Positions 39,188-60,624 of a stretch of 64,000 nucleotides of DNA are shown one piece after another. The position numbers and the translations under genes were made by a program. Origin of the DNA: Trichoplax sp. H2 (Eukaryota); assembly GCA_003344405.1 (NCBI GenBank), contig NOWV01000107.1, positions 1 to 64,000 on the forward strand. Direction: 5' to 3'. Under the pieces are notes generated by a model. That model ran no database searches. It was not told the origin of the DNA and saw only the letters and a program-made list of their open reading frames with translations. Position 1 is the first letter of the stretch. Every line of letters starts with the position of its first letter.

Positions 39188-42100
39188 TGATCAATTTATA
39201 TGATAGGTCATATTTTATCCTTGTAGAAGCTAGATTTATCCATTCACTATGGGTTACCGTAAGGAAGGAGAAAAATATGACATAGAAAATGATAATTGTA
39301 TTTCAAAATAGAGCAGATAATGAATTGAGAAATTTTAAATTAAATCAAAATTACGATACCAATACTCACTTTTAGAAATTACAATGTAAGCACAGCTGGT
39401 TATTTTTTGAAACGGTATCTGGTACAGTTATATTTCTTTTGAAAATATTTATCATCCAAGTAGTTACCATAGCCATTCCATTACTGATGATCCAGTAAGA
39501 AAAGATTTTTAATAAGCAAGGTAAAACAATCATTTCCCACTTTGATGGCTTAACAGTATCCTATTTCTTCAATGTTTGATGACAATAGGTGCAATCCAGT
39601 TATTAGTAAACATAGCAATTTTTTAAATCTTTGATTTTAAATATTATCAGCTTTAGAAATTGCTTACAGCTAGCTAATCATAATTATAACGATGGAAAAT
39701 AACAAAGCGCAAGTTGATCGCCTCGGATTATTAAAGGGTTGTAAAGTTTCTATTTGAAAATTGTCGATGCGTAGTATATTGGCTAGAGCAAAACCTGTGG
39801 AGCAGGATATAATTGGCCACTCCTTCCCTATATACTTTATCCATTACTGTGTTTAGAATGCGATCGATTCATAAAGCTATAGTATCAAAAAAAATACTAA
39901 TGACAATGCGGATGAATAGATTGTTGTTGAAATGCATTAATAGCTCTAGTGTCAAGATTAAAATATTAAAAAAATGTGATCATATTTGGCAAGAGAATAT
40001 GCCGTAGAGGGCAATCATAGAAAGAGGAATGATTTAAAAAGTGGCCTGATTGATGTCAGAGTGTCTTATTGCCATCAGTAGTTGAATATCTTTAATCTAT
40101 TTTATAATTTTCAATAGTATTATTGCTGCCTCGGCTCACTGACAGATTATTTCCTTATTTTTAAGAAATTTTAATTATCAAGATATGTCTCAAGTCAAAT
40201 ATGTAGACACGTAATGTAGGTAAGGCACGTATGTGACGGATTTTATTTGCCATTGAAGAAGAAAATTAAATATTTTTATCCTGTCTACAGAGATATTAAT
40301 TGGATCTTTACTACCTTACTTGTGATGTCTAGATTGAGAAATTAATAGTTATAGAAGGAAAAATCTACACGTAGACACATATTTCGGTTATGAAATTTCC
40401 TTATCGATCCTAATTTGATGAGTATATTAGGGAATTAATTCTTGCGTTTGTCAATAAATATTTTCTATAAACGAAAGGTATAAGTGCATAAGTATCGTAT
40501 GACTACTTGCAAGCCAATCATGAATACCGTAGAGTAGAAATAAATACATTTCAAAAAGTGTAGTATTGTATTTCAGTGTCAAAGACTTTTGATAGTTATG
40601 AATAAATTATTCGTATTTTATTCTTATTGATCACCTGGATTTCTATCGGTTAATCGATATTGTATACCTTTACTATTACCATAGCAAATTTCAATTCTGC
40701 TTGCTCACTCATAGCATGATAGGTATTTTACCTCAAGCTATTTCTTAAAAGTTTTTATTACTTATTTATGAAATGAATTTTCATCATCGATCTCCTTTAT
40801 AGGCAATGTTCAATTCCTTACAAAAGTGCGCTGCTGTATTTCAGTAAAGTAAATAACACCCAAATTTTAATTATTTTTCTGAAGTTAATGTGAAAAATAT
40901 CCAAAATTTCTATAAATACCATCCTGTAGAAAAGAATATTCAGATGAACATATTACATTTTGCATGTTCATCATAGAATAGCTTTGTCAAGAATAAAACA
41001 ATGGCATAATTTTTACGGTTAGCTTTGACTACCGAACTGAGTAGAGCTTACACTAGTTGCGATATTGAACGAGCGACGTTTTTTGTTAGCTATTAATGTT
41101 ATACTAAGTGGTTTATTTTTAATAAAAGTTAGCCAATCATAAAATTAAGTACATTATTTAAGTATTGCAATAATAAAAAATGTTTTACAATAATTGGATT
41201 TCCTGGAAATAGAAATAAAGTTTTCCGATATAAGCAAATTTATAACTATATTATTAATTGAAGGTATTATATTGCCATTTACTGTTAATTCCAACCTTAA
41301 TATGACCGATTTTATTCATTTAAGCTACACTTTATTCTTAGTTAATTAAGTTGCTGTTAGTCCAGTTTTAGTCTTTTTGCCGATCTGTGATTGCATTCTG
41401 AAGCAAAAGAATTAAATGATATCAATTAATAATTTACATAATTAGATAAATCACTCAAATTAGTGAAGCTAAACGGAATTTATGTTGATAAGGAACTGAG
41501 CTTAGATGTAAACCCTTAGCAATGAGGAAAAGAATATCCAGCAATACTAACAATTGAATTTAAGGAGTGTGACGGACGTAATTATATAGCTTTATTACTT
41601 GCATGTTTAGCAGTATTAAATTTACAGCATGGTATTCAGCATTACATAGTCAAATAGTTGCGAAGCGAACGATTATTTCATGAAATACTAGTAACATAAA
41701 AGCAAATAGACGATATATTCGTTGACAGGCATATCTTTTTTATTATTTTCAATGGATAATTTGTGAGTATATCAACTGTTTTAACGCATAAAGCATTACT
41801 TTAGAATCTTTTACACGATTAAGTTTACCCTAAAGCAGTTAGTTTCTTTACATACGTCTATATAGTTTTACGATAATGATACAATACGAGATGATTATTG
41901 CGGCTGTGTTAAACTTGAAAATTAAGTTTAATTTCATACGAGTGGTATAAATGGTATAATTAAGAAATTGTATAATAGAAAATTAAGTGTTCTAACGTTT
42001 GTCATGAACTGAGAAATGCTGTAAATATTAGGAATGCTGATTGATGCTAATGGGAAGTGTAATACGGATAGTCCTATGATGCATTAACTAGTACAACATC

Positions 42101-42929
42101 TTTTCTTTTTTGTGTGGCGAAGAAAATTCCTTACTACGCCCTTATTAATGGTAATTAAATAATAAAAAGTCTTACTGCCAGGTAGATACATTCGCGGGTC
42201 TTGATTCAATTCAATTTTACTACTGAATTACGAGAGAAAGGAAGCGAGTGTTGAACTTTCGGAGGCCGTATCACTAGTATGTATCATCTGCATTGGACTT
42301 TGTAAACTTTCTCCAGAAAGAACAACTACAGTAACTTCTCCAAGATCACTCTAAAACCCATAAACTTTTGTATCGAGATCCACAAAATTTTATATACAAC
42401 TTGTAATAAAAGTACCTGACAACGAAGTCATTTATTGCTAAGTTAAATACTAAAAAGATAGCATTTGCTGCTTTAAGAAATGCATAAAGATTTTTATTAA
42501 ATCCTTTAAAGCAATTTTTTGGGTGGTCATTACCAGGTGTATCATTAATAAGATCTACGATAGAGGCAGAAAAGTATGATGCAAAATTGATGGTGCTGTG
42601 TGCACGTGTTCGTTTTTAATCTACAGACTAAATACCGGAGGGAACAGCAGGCGATATACCGTCATATTTTTACTTTATTCTAATTGATCGCAATCGTTGC
42701 TATTACATTTCTAATACGGTTAGAATAATGATATGAATTTAATCGAACAACGATTATCATTAACTAGTTCATTTATGCCTGTAATGAGTGAAATAGTGAA
42801 TCAATAAGAAGTTGCAGGTGCTTGAATAATATCCGTACACCTTTAGGATTGTATGATTATCTAATTTAGTATGCTCTATTTGCTTGAGATGTACTACATA
42901 AGGTAGTAGTATAATTATAATTAAATATA

Positions 42930-45413
42930 TTATACAAGAAACAGCATACCTTTAATTTCACTCTCATCTTCAAGTGGCTTGTTTAAGGCAACATCAAGTG
43001 GTAAATCGAAAGAAATGCACATCATGTGTTTATCGGGAGCGACATCTCGTACGTCGTAGACATGATAACTTCCTTCCTTAAGCGATGTATTAAGAACATT
43101 TTCTACTTGATGAATTACATCAATTTTTCTATCTTCTGCTTTAGAAAAGCAATAGCAATGTATACGTGGTAAATAACGCCTATCAATTTCGATTGAGTTT
43201 GACTTATGTAGCGGGCTATTTTTATAGAGACCGCGGAAGACATCTAAAAATTCGATTGCTGACGCCGGCAAATTCATAATAATGTGATTGATAACGAGTA
43301 AATTCTTGCTCTCCGTTGTTCCTTCATTTATAATTTTATCTCTTACAATTTGTTGGATAAAATCTCGACCATCTAAATTAAACGTATAAAATTGTTTTCC
43401 TAGTTTATTTGTTTTGCTATTATGGAGTAGCCAGTGATAAGAATCCGGATTTAAATCGTTTGCATATACAATACAATTTTTCCTTGCTGCAGGGATAGCA
43501 AATGGTCCCACGCCGGCAAAAACGTCGACAATAACTTGTTTTGGCTGGAGTAAATCAATAATTCGGCGATGCTCCGTATGTAATCGAGAATTCCAGTAAA
43601 CTTTACTATAATCGAACCGGAATTGGCATTCATTCTCTTTCACTGTAGTGATCATGCAATCGTCACCTGCTAAAATTTCCAACGGCGCTACTCGAAATTG
43701 ATTGTCGATTTCACTGGTCTTATTGACAACAGTTTTTAAGTGTGGATTTTTATCTAGTATAACTTGGCCTAAGTGAAATTAATAGACAAAATTTGTAATG
43801 GACGTGTATTATAATATGCACAGTAGTAAACTATGCAAAATCCTATCATAGCCTAGAAATTTAGACACAAGACTTGGTCATCAATGACTAGCTAAGAAGT
43901 TCTATGATGGCACTAACTAGAATGTCTAAGCTATAATTGAGTTGAAAATAATTGATAGCTCATCGATTTATTATGTTCTAGTACAATTTCATATCACATC
44001 ATACACTTGTACTATAATAATTAAGCCTAGAAATTAACGTTGTTATGGTTCATTAATTGCTGAAATTTAAGAAATTTCTGTAAGAATTTAATGATACTGC
44101 ATCATTGCTAGCTGATACTTTGATATAAAATCTACTGTACTCCTGTATCATATGCAGTATATAAAATAGGTTGAATAAAAGTTTTAGCATATTCTCTAGA
44201 TTGAAAGAGTTGGGGAAGGGGGTAAAGGGAATGAAGGAATTGTGTTTGAAGTTTCTGATCAACACTGAGGTATCCCATCGTTGAGCTTGCAAGGTAATAC
44301 TTTGGCTAATTATTTATCACGTTCTAGGTACATTACAACTACGGTATATCAGTATCAAGATGTGGGAAAGGAGGGCGAATAGGTACGAATTGATTCATGA
44401 TAAACAACAAATCGTTCAATTCTCAGGAATTGAACGATATTTTTTAGTTTCTAACGTCAAAAGTATTCATTAATTAATCATGCTATTACAAAATCCTACC
44501 ATGGCCTGCGTGACTTAATGCATAACTAGTTGTAGAATTAATAAGTTATCACAAGATGGGAAATGTAGTACTAGTGATAGCTAAAAGTTCTGATGGCTCG
44601 AATCGAAGTAACATCTGGGCTAATAAATTAATTTTAACTGCGGGAAATGCTTGCGAGTAATTGTAGAGTCTCTACTTTCTAGTCCACCTATAGTACAGTC
44701 TAAGAGCCATATCACTTGTAGCAGTAGCTAAATATTCTGGCTCCAACAAAAGTAACATCTTCGTTAATTCACTTTTGTAATGGACTTTAAACATGAATGT
44801 CATCTTAATCTATTAATCTATCGTAAGTTATCAAGATCTACCTAAGGTAATTCTAAATTTTGAGATTGATATCAAGGATTAACAGCAACTGGAATGCTTC
44901 ATAGTTCGTGTCAAAACCATGATTCAATACTGACAATTGCTTACCGATTAATTTCTTATAATTCTGCATAGGAGGACGTAAATTTAAATGGGCTATTTGA
45001 CCAACACTTTCAAATGATGTAATAGCTTGGTCTGTATCAGGCCTTAAAATCGCTCTTAGGACATCCTTGACCGACCAATGATCGTAGTTAACCGGTAGAT
45101 GATGACTACATAATTCACCATGATGATCACGAACAAATTGCAACTCCTTGTCATCGAATTGGGCCTGAGGGTGGAGTAAGACAATTTTTTTAAATTTATC
45201 GGTTTGATCCAGTTGGATATTAGGAATACGCTGTTGATTGAATGTCTTAGATTGTAATTGTCGAAGGAAAAGCGAGCATAATTTCGGTTGGACACGAATA
45301 GCCGGCAATTGAAATACTTGATTAAATGCAGCTCTATTTAATTCCGTCATTCCAGCTACCTGTGCTGGAGGTGACCAATTGAAAGCGGTTCTCTGCAAGA
45401 CGTTGGCCATCAT
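42930..45413 (-). CDS. TRMT5: tRNA (guanine37-N1)-methyltransferase Trm5; the true 3' end may include a further exon below 42950
   Basis: SFESVGQIAHLNLR...KKLIG|QVILDKNP; FDYSKVYWNSRLHTEH; DVFAGVGPFAIPA; ANDLNP; IMNLP; RDVAPDKHMMCISF. Confidence 0.94.
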
Positions 45414-47569
45414 CGGGCTATCTATAGCCTATTAGAACTAGATTTCTTTACTTACTTTAGTGTTGTTGATTTCAGTTAGTCAATATTCAGTGGAAGTGAT
45501 GGATTAATTTGGATTTAATCGCAAGCAGAGGCGCAGCATCTAGGCAACCATCGATCGCTGGTGCTGCAGCAACGATTAGACTCGTTCGCTATATTGGTGC
45601 CTAAGGTGCTCACAATACTATAACGCTCAGTATAGAGGGGTTTTACGTGATGCTCAGCTAGTGTAAGGTTTTGTAGTCAGTTTGTTGGTGAGCAGGATAC
45701 TGTATAATGAACGTCGATGTTAGGTAATATACAGTATGGACAATTCTTCACGGTGCTTCTACTGCACTCGTTTAAAAGTCCCACCAATCTTCATCGGCCG
45801 GAAGGCTAAACTATCTACGTCCTAGACCAAGACGTTTGATATTGATCAAATTGATTAGATGGCAAGCCAAATTGGTCAATGGAGATCTACAACTACAGTA
45901 TTTGAGCTGACGAGGTGCAGCATCGACTGAAGTCAATCAGTAGATCAAGAGAACTCGAAACAGTGCTACCAATCATGGCACAGTATACACGGAGGTGCTG
46001 CTGCCACTACTCGCTTGGAACAGTTATCTTGTCCATAAATAAAAGTAGTCTATAAATTCCTTCAAAGGCCTTCCCAGGGACGACTGTATAAAGTAGATCT
46101 CCGCCCACCGGACCGTTCTAAAGCCTACAGGATAGACTACCGATATTTGGTATAGATCGATTTGATTTGATAGCTAGCAAAGCTGATCATGAGCAACATA
46201 AACTGCAGCATTTAGTGAACTGAATCAGTACTAATGGTACTTGAAACAGCGCTACAACGTAGAGCATGGTATGCAAGATTCGATTTATTTTGATGGAGTT
46301 TAGGTGAGGAATGCAATCCGTCGATGAAGAATGACTTTGTAGACTTCTGCTGTAAAATAAAACACACTAGCCTACTGTACTGAATGATATTAGATTTAAT
46401 CTACGGGACTGCCAATACGTTTACAATACAAATAAATGTTTACTAGTCCTGTAGAATATAGGAGGAAGAAGAAGGATTGTTGTTGAGAAATACAAGGCCA
46501 TTGCTGTTGTAAAGCAACGTAATGAAGAAAGGAGATATCCCCAAGACTCAGTGCGATATAAAATATCCATTCAGAGATTAACTCTACATTTCTAGATCAT
46601 ACGTAAGTACTGTACGCATCAAATTCAAGCGATCTGTGAGTAAAGGATCAGATTGCAAGGGTAAGAAAATAAATGAACTCTAGAAACTGACGAGGCTTGT
46701 GTGTAAAGAGCAAGCCCTCAATATACTAATATATACCAATCAAAGCAATAGCATTGAGAACCCTAATAAATTGATCACTAAGCCACTAGGCTTGACAATT
46801 TATTTACTGTGATTTAGATCTGTAAAAATTTTGGGCAACATGGTTTATAAAAGTTCACTTGAAACATTGGCTAATACTGACGATTTTATCACCACTGACG
46901 TTTCCACAAGCTACGATTCTACGAAATTTATTGAGACATGCACGTAGCATATGTACAATTGTACATACGTATTTAAAAGAATAGTATCCAATAATATTAA
47001 TATATTGACCAACAGTTAGACTACCTTAGCCATAGCAATTCTATCAAAATATTAACAAAGTAACTATAGCATATACGAATACTCTATTACATACAAGTAA
47101 TACTTGCAGAGATCAATATATACCCTACACATATTAGATACGAGTCGTATCTATGCGTATGCGTATGTGTATTACAATAATGACTACTAATAATAATTAG
47201 TATAAATTTGGACCTAAATATAAACAGTACTATCCAATTCTATCGGAGATAGTTGATGTTATCCAAATAATATATCCAATTTTACAATTTACCCAAAATC
47301 TATATACGTTTACCATGGGTTATGGTCAAATGATAGCCAACCAATTGCTATACAAATATAACAATATATTACACTAAGGTAAGATAACTCAATTATAGCT
47401 TTCGTTATATTCACGACGTTAATTTGAGACTTTGATATATAAATACAATAATCTCCTTAGTACAAGGTACAATTAATATTTAATTCAATTCAATTCTAAA
47501 AAACTACGATCTAAATGTCAGCAATTGATTGCTTTTAAAGAAAACAGTGTTCAGTTTCAAGTCCCATTC

Positions 47570-54837
<7,268 letters not shown>

Positions 54838-55199
54838 ACTGCAATTAGTAAGTGGATTTTCTTCTTTTCTCCCTTGTACGCGTGTCGTCAAGTAAAATCC
54901 CTTTGCAATGGGCAATATTCCTCTCGTTCCAAGTAAGAATGACTACTACACCACCTCGTCTCCCACTCGATCGATAAGCGTCCAATAACGAACTATCAAG
55001 TAAGACGTTGATTTCGATGGCCAACAAGTCAAGCAATTTCCCTTTCCAACCAACTCACTTCTACTCGATTCGATTAATGAAATTTTCCACTACAAATGCT
55101 GGACAAGATTAACTCCAGTTTACGCCAATCTCTTCGGCTCCCTCTTGGCTACCGAATATGTCTGCTGTCTCCTCCCGACTCTCTCTACCGTAGTTACTC

Positions 55200-55839
55200 A
55201 AGCAAGGGGAACGAGGACGGTCGTCTTGACGCGGCTGATTGGCTGAAATGGACTGGACTGGCCCAGCTGGTCCCTACCTATTGATTTAGTACGACATGCG
55301 TCGACGATGCCAGTCACAAGCTAGAGGGGGTGGGTGTACCCATCAGATAGACAGACAGACAGCTAACTTGCCCACTAGAGTCCAGTATGGAAGACCCGGT
55401 AGCAAACTGGATGGGGTGGGGAATGAGTATGGGAAAAAGAGGCAGGCCGATTCTTTTTTTTTCGACTTGTCCGTATGTCGATGTTGACAAAGAAGTAGAA
55501 TCTTATTATTTCACTGGAGTAGTTTTACTCACTCACCAATATACTGTATTGGACTAGTGAAAGCGTCTACCGTATTGTCTAAACCATCAGTTACTACTAG
55601 AAATAGAAAACTGGTCAAAATTTCTCCAACTTTAAGTAGTCGATGGCCTCTCGCCTTCTCATAGGCACGGATTGCCAGAAAGACGGCACTCTACTTTCCA
55701 GTACTATTCTGTACAGTGTACAGTACACACCTACAGTACCGTATTGTACTGTAGGACTATAGTACAAGCGTCAGTGTACGGTACGGTACAGTACCATAGT
55801 GAACAGTCTATACTCCACCGAAAGCAACAACATCGAGGA
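55200..55839. promoter_or_regulatory. Putative bidirectional promoter KLC/RRP36: CCAAT box (55238-55242), GGGGTGGG boxes (~55327, ~55413), CAGTA cluster (55700-55800)
   Basis: Locally GC-rich interval between divergent ATGs; motifs read directly. Confidence 0.6.
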
Positions 55840-58666
55840 ATGGATGAAGAAGGTAAGATGGCCACCACTTTACTGTACTTTAACCTTACTTTCAGTTGGA
55901 TATTGCTTACCTACAACGTGTGTCATAGGTTACTGGGCGATAGATCATGCTTTTGCCATAACATTTCATCTATTTGACTATTGTATGCAATTATTCTCTC
56001 AGTAGAGCAGCCATCAGTAGCAACTGTCTAAGCAATGTGCTGTATGCAGTCTGCAAAGGAGTCCTACATGCAAGTTGCAATCAATGAATGTGCAACCGAT
56101 AGTTCAGTCAGTCTATTCGATCCTTTAGTTCATGAAGGATGGCCTGTTTGGCCTATTCGCTATAGGTATACAGTAATCCATGACAAGTGTTAGAGAATAA
56201 TAAATGCAACATCTACAGTACTGTGCGTTTCAGCCACTACTATTCTTCCTTATTACTCAATGGACTTGCAGTCCATGGACTATTTAATATATAACTATAC
56301 TTACAGAATCGATAGCATCATAGAGTGTCTTACAGCTACTGGAAGTCTGCAGTATTAGGCAACATAAACATATTACGTGTAGTCTGCAAACGAGTCCTAC
56401 ATTCAAGTTGCAATCAATGAATGTGCAACCGATAGTTCAGTGACGCTTAAGTCAATGAATGATGGCCTGTTTGGCCTATTCGCTATAGGTATACAGTAAT
56501 CCATGACAAGTGTTAGAGAATACTACATGCAACATCTACAGTACTGTGCGTTTCAGTCACTACTATTCTTCCTTATTACTTAATGGACTTGCAGTCCATG
56601 GACTATTTAATATATAACTATACTTACAGAATCGATAGCATCATAGAGTGCTTTACAGCTACTGGAAGTCTGCAGTATTAGGCAACATAGACATGTTACG
56701 TGTATAACTGATCAGTTTATGTTACATGTAAATGCTCAAACATCAATCCAACACCGATTCGTAGTAGCAAAACAGAAAGTGAGATAGATTCCCATGATAG
56801 GGTAGCAAAAATATCATAGGCCAGACAATCCACATGGAAGAAGTAGAGTTGGACCTCAAACGAAATAGATATAGCAGTAATATACTGTAGTTTGCACTAT
56901 ACGCATACTTACCTTGTGTAGAGTAGTTTTCATGGACTAAAAGTAATTCTTGTCACACCAATGGGTCTGAATAAAGTTTATTTATATATTCTGTATATGT
57001 TATTCTATTTTAGATTTAACCGATATACCCTTTGCAGACCTGCAAAAACTTCGTGATCAAGTTGGTATTAAGAGGTGCGTCTAGCGTTCAAGTTGCTAAC
57101 ACCTGACCATCTTACATCTTTTGGTAGTTTCAGTTGTGTCACAGTTTGAAGACGTGATTAAGTTGATTTGTTAGTATAGTATGCATAGACACTAGTATCT
57201 TACTATAGTTTATAAGAGGTATGAAAAGTGAACTAGCTTACAGAATGATGAAAGCATGGCTAATATACTTTTATTGATTAGCTTAATTTGATATTTTGTG
57301 TGAGGCCAAGTGCACAATAAATTACTGTAAATGATACATTTTTAAGGAGAACACCAAATATAAACTTGCCATATTTTCCATCTTATACTTGTAACTGATA
57401 ACTACAGGTATAACCAGGCCATCCGCAATACCGAAGGCAAAAAAGGAAATAAACTGACGGACAATAATACTAAATATAGGTATCTTTTGATTGAAACTTG
57501 ATCATAGACTTCAGCAAGCTGTAGCGATCATGCAGTATTTCCAAAATGATAAATGCGTAAAAACCAGTGCCATCAGTTTGATTATCCTTAAAACATCTTT
57601 TAGGATAGATAATACTAGACCTCAATTTTTTCCATTGTTAATACTAGACCTCAAGAATTCTCATCCAAGAAACCAGTTTCAGTTTTAAGACAAAATCATC
57701 AAACCAAAAAATCCGTAAGTAGTCTACCGCATAGCATAGTTTATAATAATATTTATGAAATCGTACATATATTTTGGTAATTACAGTCTAGTTAAAAAAG
57801 TAATTCTCACGTCGGTTATTGAAGTCATTAGAAGGAACATGAATCCTATTGTGAGTTGCATTATCATGCATTGGCCTAATAAACTAATCAATACTTTATG
57901 ATCAATTAACGGGATACACAAATTTAGAAACCGAAAGATCCCAGATTCACTAGAAAGAGTGGCACATTAAACGAGGACTTATTTGAGAAATCCTTCGGAT
58001 TTATCAAGGAATTGAAAACAAATGAAGAGCAGGTTAACTTGTTTATTCATTAAGGCGAAATTTTATAGTTCGCTGGGATACACTGTCCTAATCGATCAAT
58101 GTAAAGCGTTAGCTTTGTAATCGCTGCGTTCGTTTTCTGCCTAGATGTTAATCAAGCAATTGCATAAAACGAAAGATAAATCTCGTAAAGCAGAGATATC
58201 AGCTGCTTTGGAAAGACTTGTGAGTCTAAAGGCTGTTTAACTCTGGTTTTTAGATCACCAGACTTTTCATGTTTGATTTCTTTCGTTAGAATCAACAACA
58301 ACAACATATTACGGAAAGAAAACAGAAGCAAGAGATTATCAAGCAGCATCGTAAGAAAGAAATTGAACTTATCGAGAAGGGAAAGAAGCCTTTTTATTTA
58401 AAGAGATGTAAGTGCAGTAAAATTGTAGGTCCTTCAATTTTATTATGATCATGACGTAGTGATATTGCTTTTGTCTCTATTAACGTTGTAATCCTAATTT
58501 TGATCGATCTGTTTATTTAGCAATGAAAAAACAAATGTTTGTAGAGCAAAAACATGATACACTAAAAAAGCAAAGAAAATTAGATAAATATCTAAAAAGG
58601 AAAACTAGGAGAGATACTGCAAAAGAAAGAGCTAAGATGCCAAAATCTCGTCAAGTAACGGAATAA
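55840..58666 (+). CDS. RRP36: rRNA processing protein RRP36, ~7 exons; largely missed by the ORF track
   Basis: MDEE|DLTDIPFADLQKLRDQVGIKR|YNQAI...KYR|PQEFSSKKPVSVLR...|KPKDPRFTRKSGTLNEDLFEKSFGFIKE...GKKPFLLK...KLDKYLKRK...MPKSRQVTE*. The exon 1 assignment is less certain. Confidence 0.88.
56048..56703. repeat. ~330 bp recent tandem duplication in RRP36 intron 1
   Basis: Copies 56048-56380 and 56381-56703 are nearly identical apart from one short indel/diverged patch and scattered substitutions. Confidence 0.95.
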
Positions 58667-59562
58667 AATTTTATTCGGTTGGCACAGACGATAACTTTTT
58701 GTTGAAAGTCATGATATCTAACAGTTGATATCATTAAAATTTCAACGGCTAACTTGGTAAAGGAGCATCTTTGCTAAGCATGTGTGTGATTTGTAGCTTA
58801 TGATCTTTATTATGTACATAACATTAATATGTTTGTAATGTAAATTATCCTGTGTAATGCCTTTACTAGGTGTTTAAAAGTATGCACGCATGTTTGCAAA
58901 TTTAATGTAATAGCAATAAATTTTTATTAAATTTCTTTACGAACTTGAAAGGATTTAATGCGATGCTTGTGATAATGATGAATGTCAATTAATATGTATT
59001 CTGCATGGCAGTAAATGCCTGCAGGGTTATTGAATTATCTATCATATTCACGTTGTTGATATTTCGGAAATATTTCATCTTGGATAGCAGACTGGGCATT
59101 TAGGGCAAACAACTACGCCAAAGTGTACAGATAAAGCCGCGACAGTACTGTAGAATTACATACAAGTATGATTGTACTGATGATTTCGTATTGTTTCTAA
59201 CTTCATGTATGACATTTGCAATCCAAGTCAATAATATATTCTTGTCTCATCTTCATTTAAGTATATTAATGATCATTTTTATCAATAACATGGACTGCAA
59301 ATACATGGATAATTTATGATGAGCGCATACAAATTGGCAATATAAGACAATTGGTAACAAAGTATATTTCTTTAGTACTGCAACATATGATTACCATCCA
59401 GAATCCTTGCGATAGAGTACAGCACAAACTTTTTCGTGATGTACGCTTCCATTTTCAGATAAAATATTACATAAATGGCTAGATACAGTATCATAATTTT
59501 TAAAAAATACTCCAAGAGCGGGATTACAGTATATGGTAGTTTTACACTTATTCATTCGTAGA

Positions 59563-60433
59563 TTATTCTCTGACAACCTTGATTCCAATACTTTTTGCGC
59601 TACCCATTATAGCTTTACATACATGTTCCAATGTCATGTTACGAAACTGCTCATCGTTGTGTTTAACTTTGGCAATTTCGTAAATATGCTTTAAGGTGAC
59701 AACGCCAGCAACTTCTTTACCTGAATGAAAGATAGTATGTATGTTCGATTTAGTGACGACATATACAGCATCTAACTCGATATTTGCGATAACTATATGG
59801 CTATGTGATATCAATTGTAGTATTGTTAACCTTGGTGCGCGCTTCCTTTTTCAATACCAGCTGCTGCTTTTAAAAAATACGAAGCAGGAGGTGCGGAGGT
59901 CGAGAATTTATATGATCGATCAGCCTATGAGAACAGTTTAAGGATACTCAGTATAGTAATGAAATAGATAAAAGCAAATATTACAGAAGAAGATGGAATT
60001 GTTTAGGATAGAAGTTGACTACCAATTTTATATGATTTGGATTATACTTTAAAGTATATTCAATTCAGTCTATAAAGGTATAACTTACATAAATAAAAAT
60101 TTTGGTTGGAATGGGGATGCCTTCTTCCATATTGGCGGTTTTATCATTAAATTCTTTACAAAACTTTCCAATATTTAAGCCACGCTAGTGTGAATACAAA
60201 TTAAAAGTAATAGGCATTAATAGAAGATGATATGATTGTATAAATGGATCTAACCGGCAACAGATTCTTTGAGTAGACTTAAACTGTAATAAAACGAAAT
60301 ACAGTACAGTACTTCTCCATGTTATAGCTTTGTCATTTACCTGTCCAAGGGCTGGTCCGAGTGGCGGTGATGGTGAAGCCTTCCCAGCCTTGATATACAT
60401 TTTATGCAATTGGACTAATTTTTTGGACGCCAT
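59563..60433 (-). CDS. MRPL11: Mitochondrial ribosomal protein L11 (uL11m), 4 exons
   Basis: [32 protein letters not shown]...[15 protein letters not shown]...[35 protein letters not shown]...[11 protein letters not shown]. Confidence 0.96.
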
Positions 60434-60624
60434 ATCGTTCTAAATAAACTAATGCAATATATATATATATATATTTATATACATATTAAAACCAGGAAAT
60501 GATCTTGATATCGTCTTTAATTTATTCTTTCGATCAATCACTAATATACAAATTAAAGGCATAGCAATGATAATAATAATAACAATATACTCGTAAGATT
60601 ACGCCAAAGCGATAGCAATGCATT

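Noticed and set aside
34047..40007. Short ORFs in the desert (34047, 39813)
   Set aside because: Non-ATG starts, AT-driven composition, no domains or exon chain.
54838..54915. Longer KLC N-terminus in the ORF track
   Set aside because: Non-ATG start; KLC similarity begins at ATG 54837.
59925..60088. U12-like branch sequence TCCTTAAAC near the MRPL11 intron 2 acceptor
   Set aside because: The donor is canonical U2 GTAAGT and the match is imperfect, so chance is likely.
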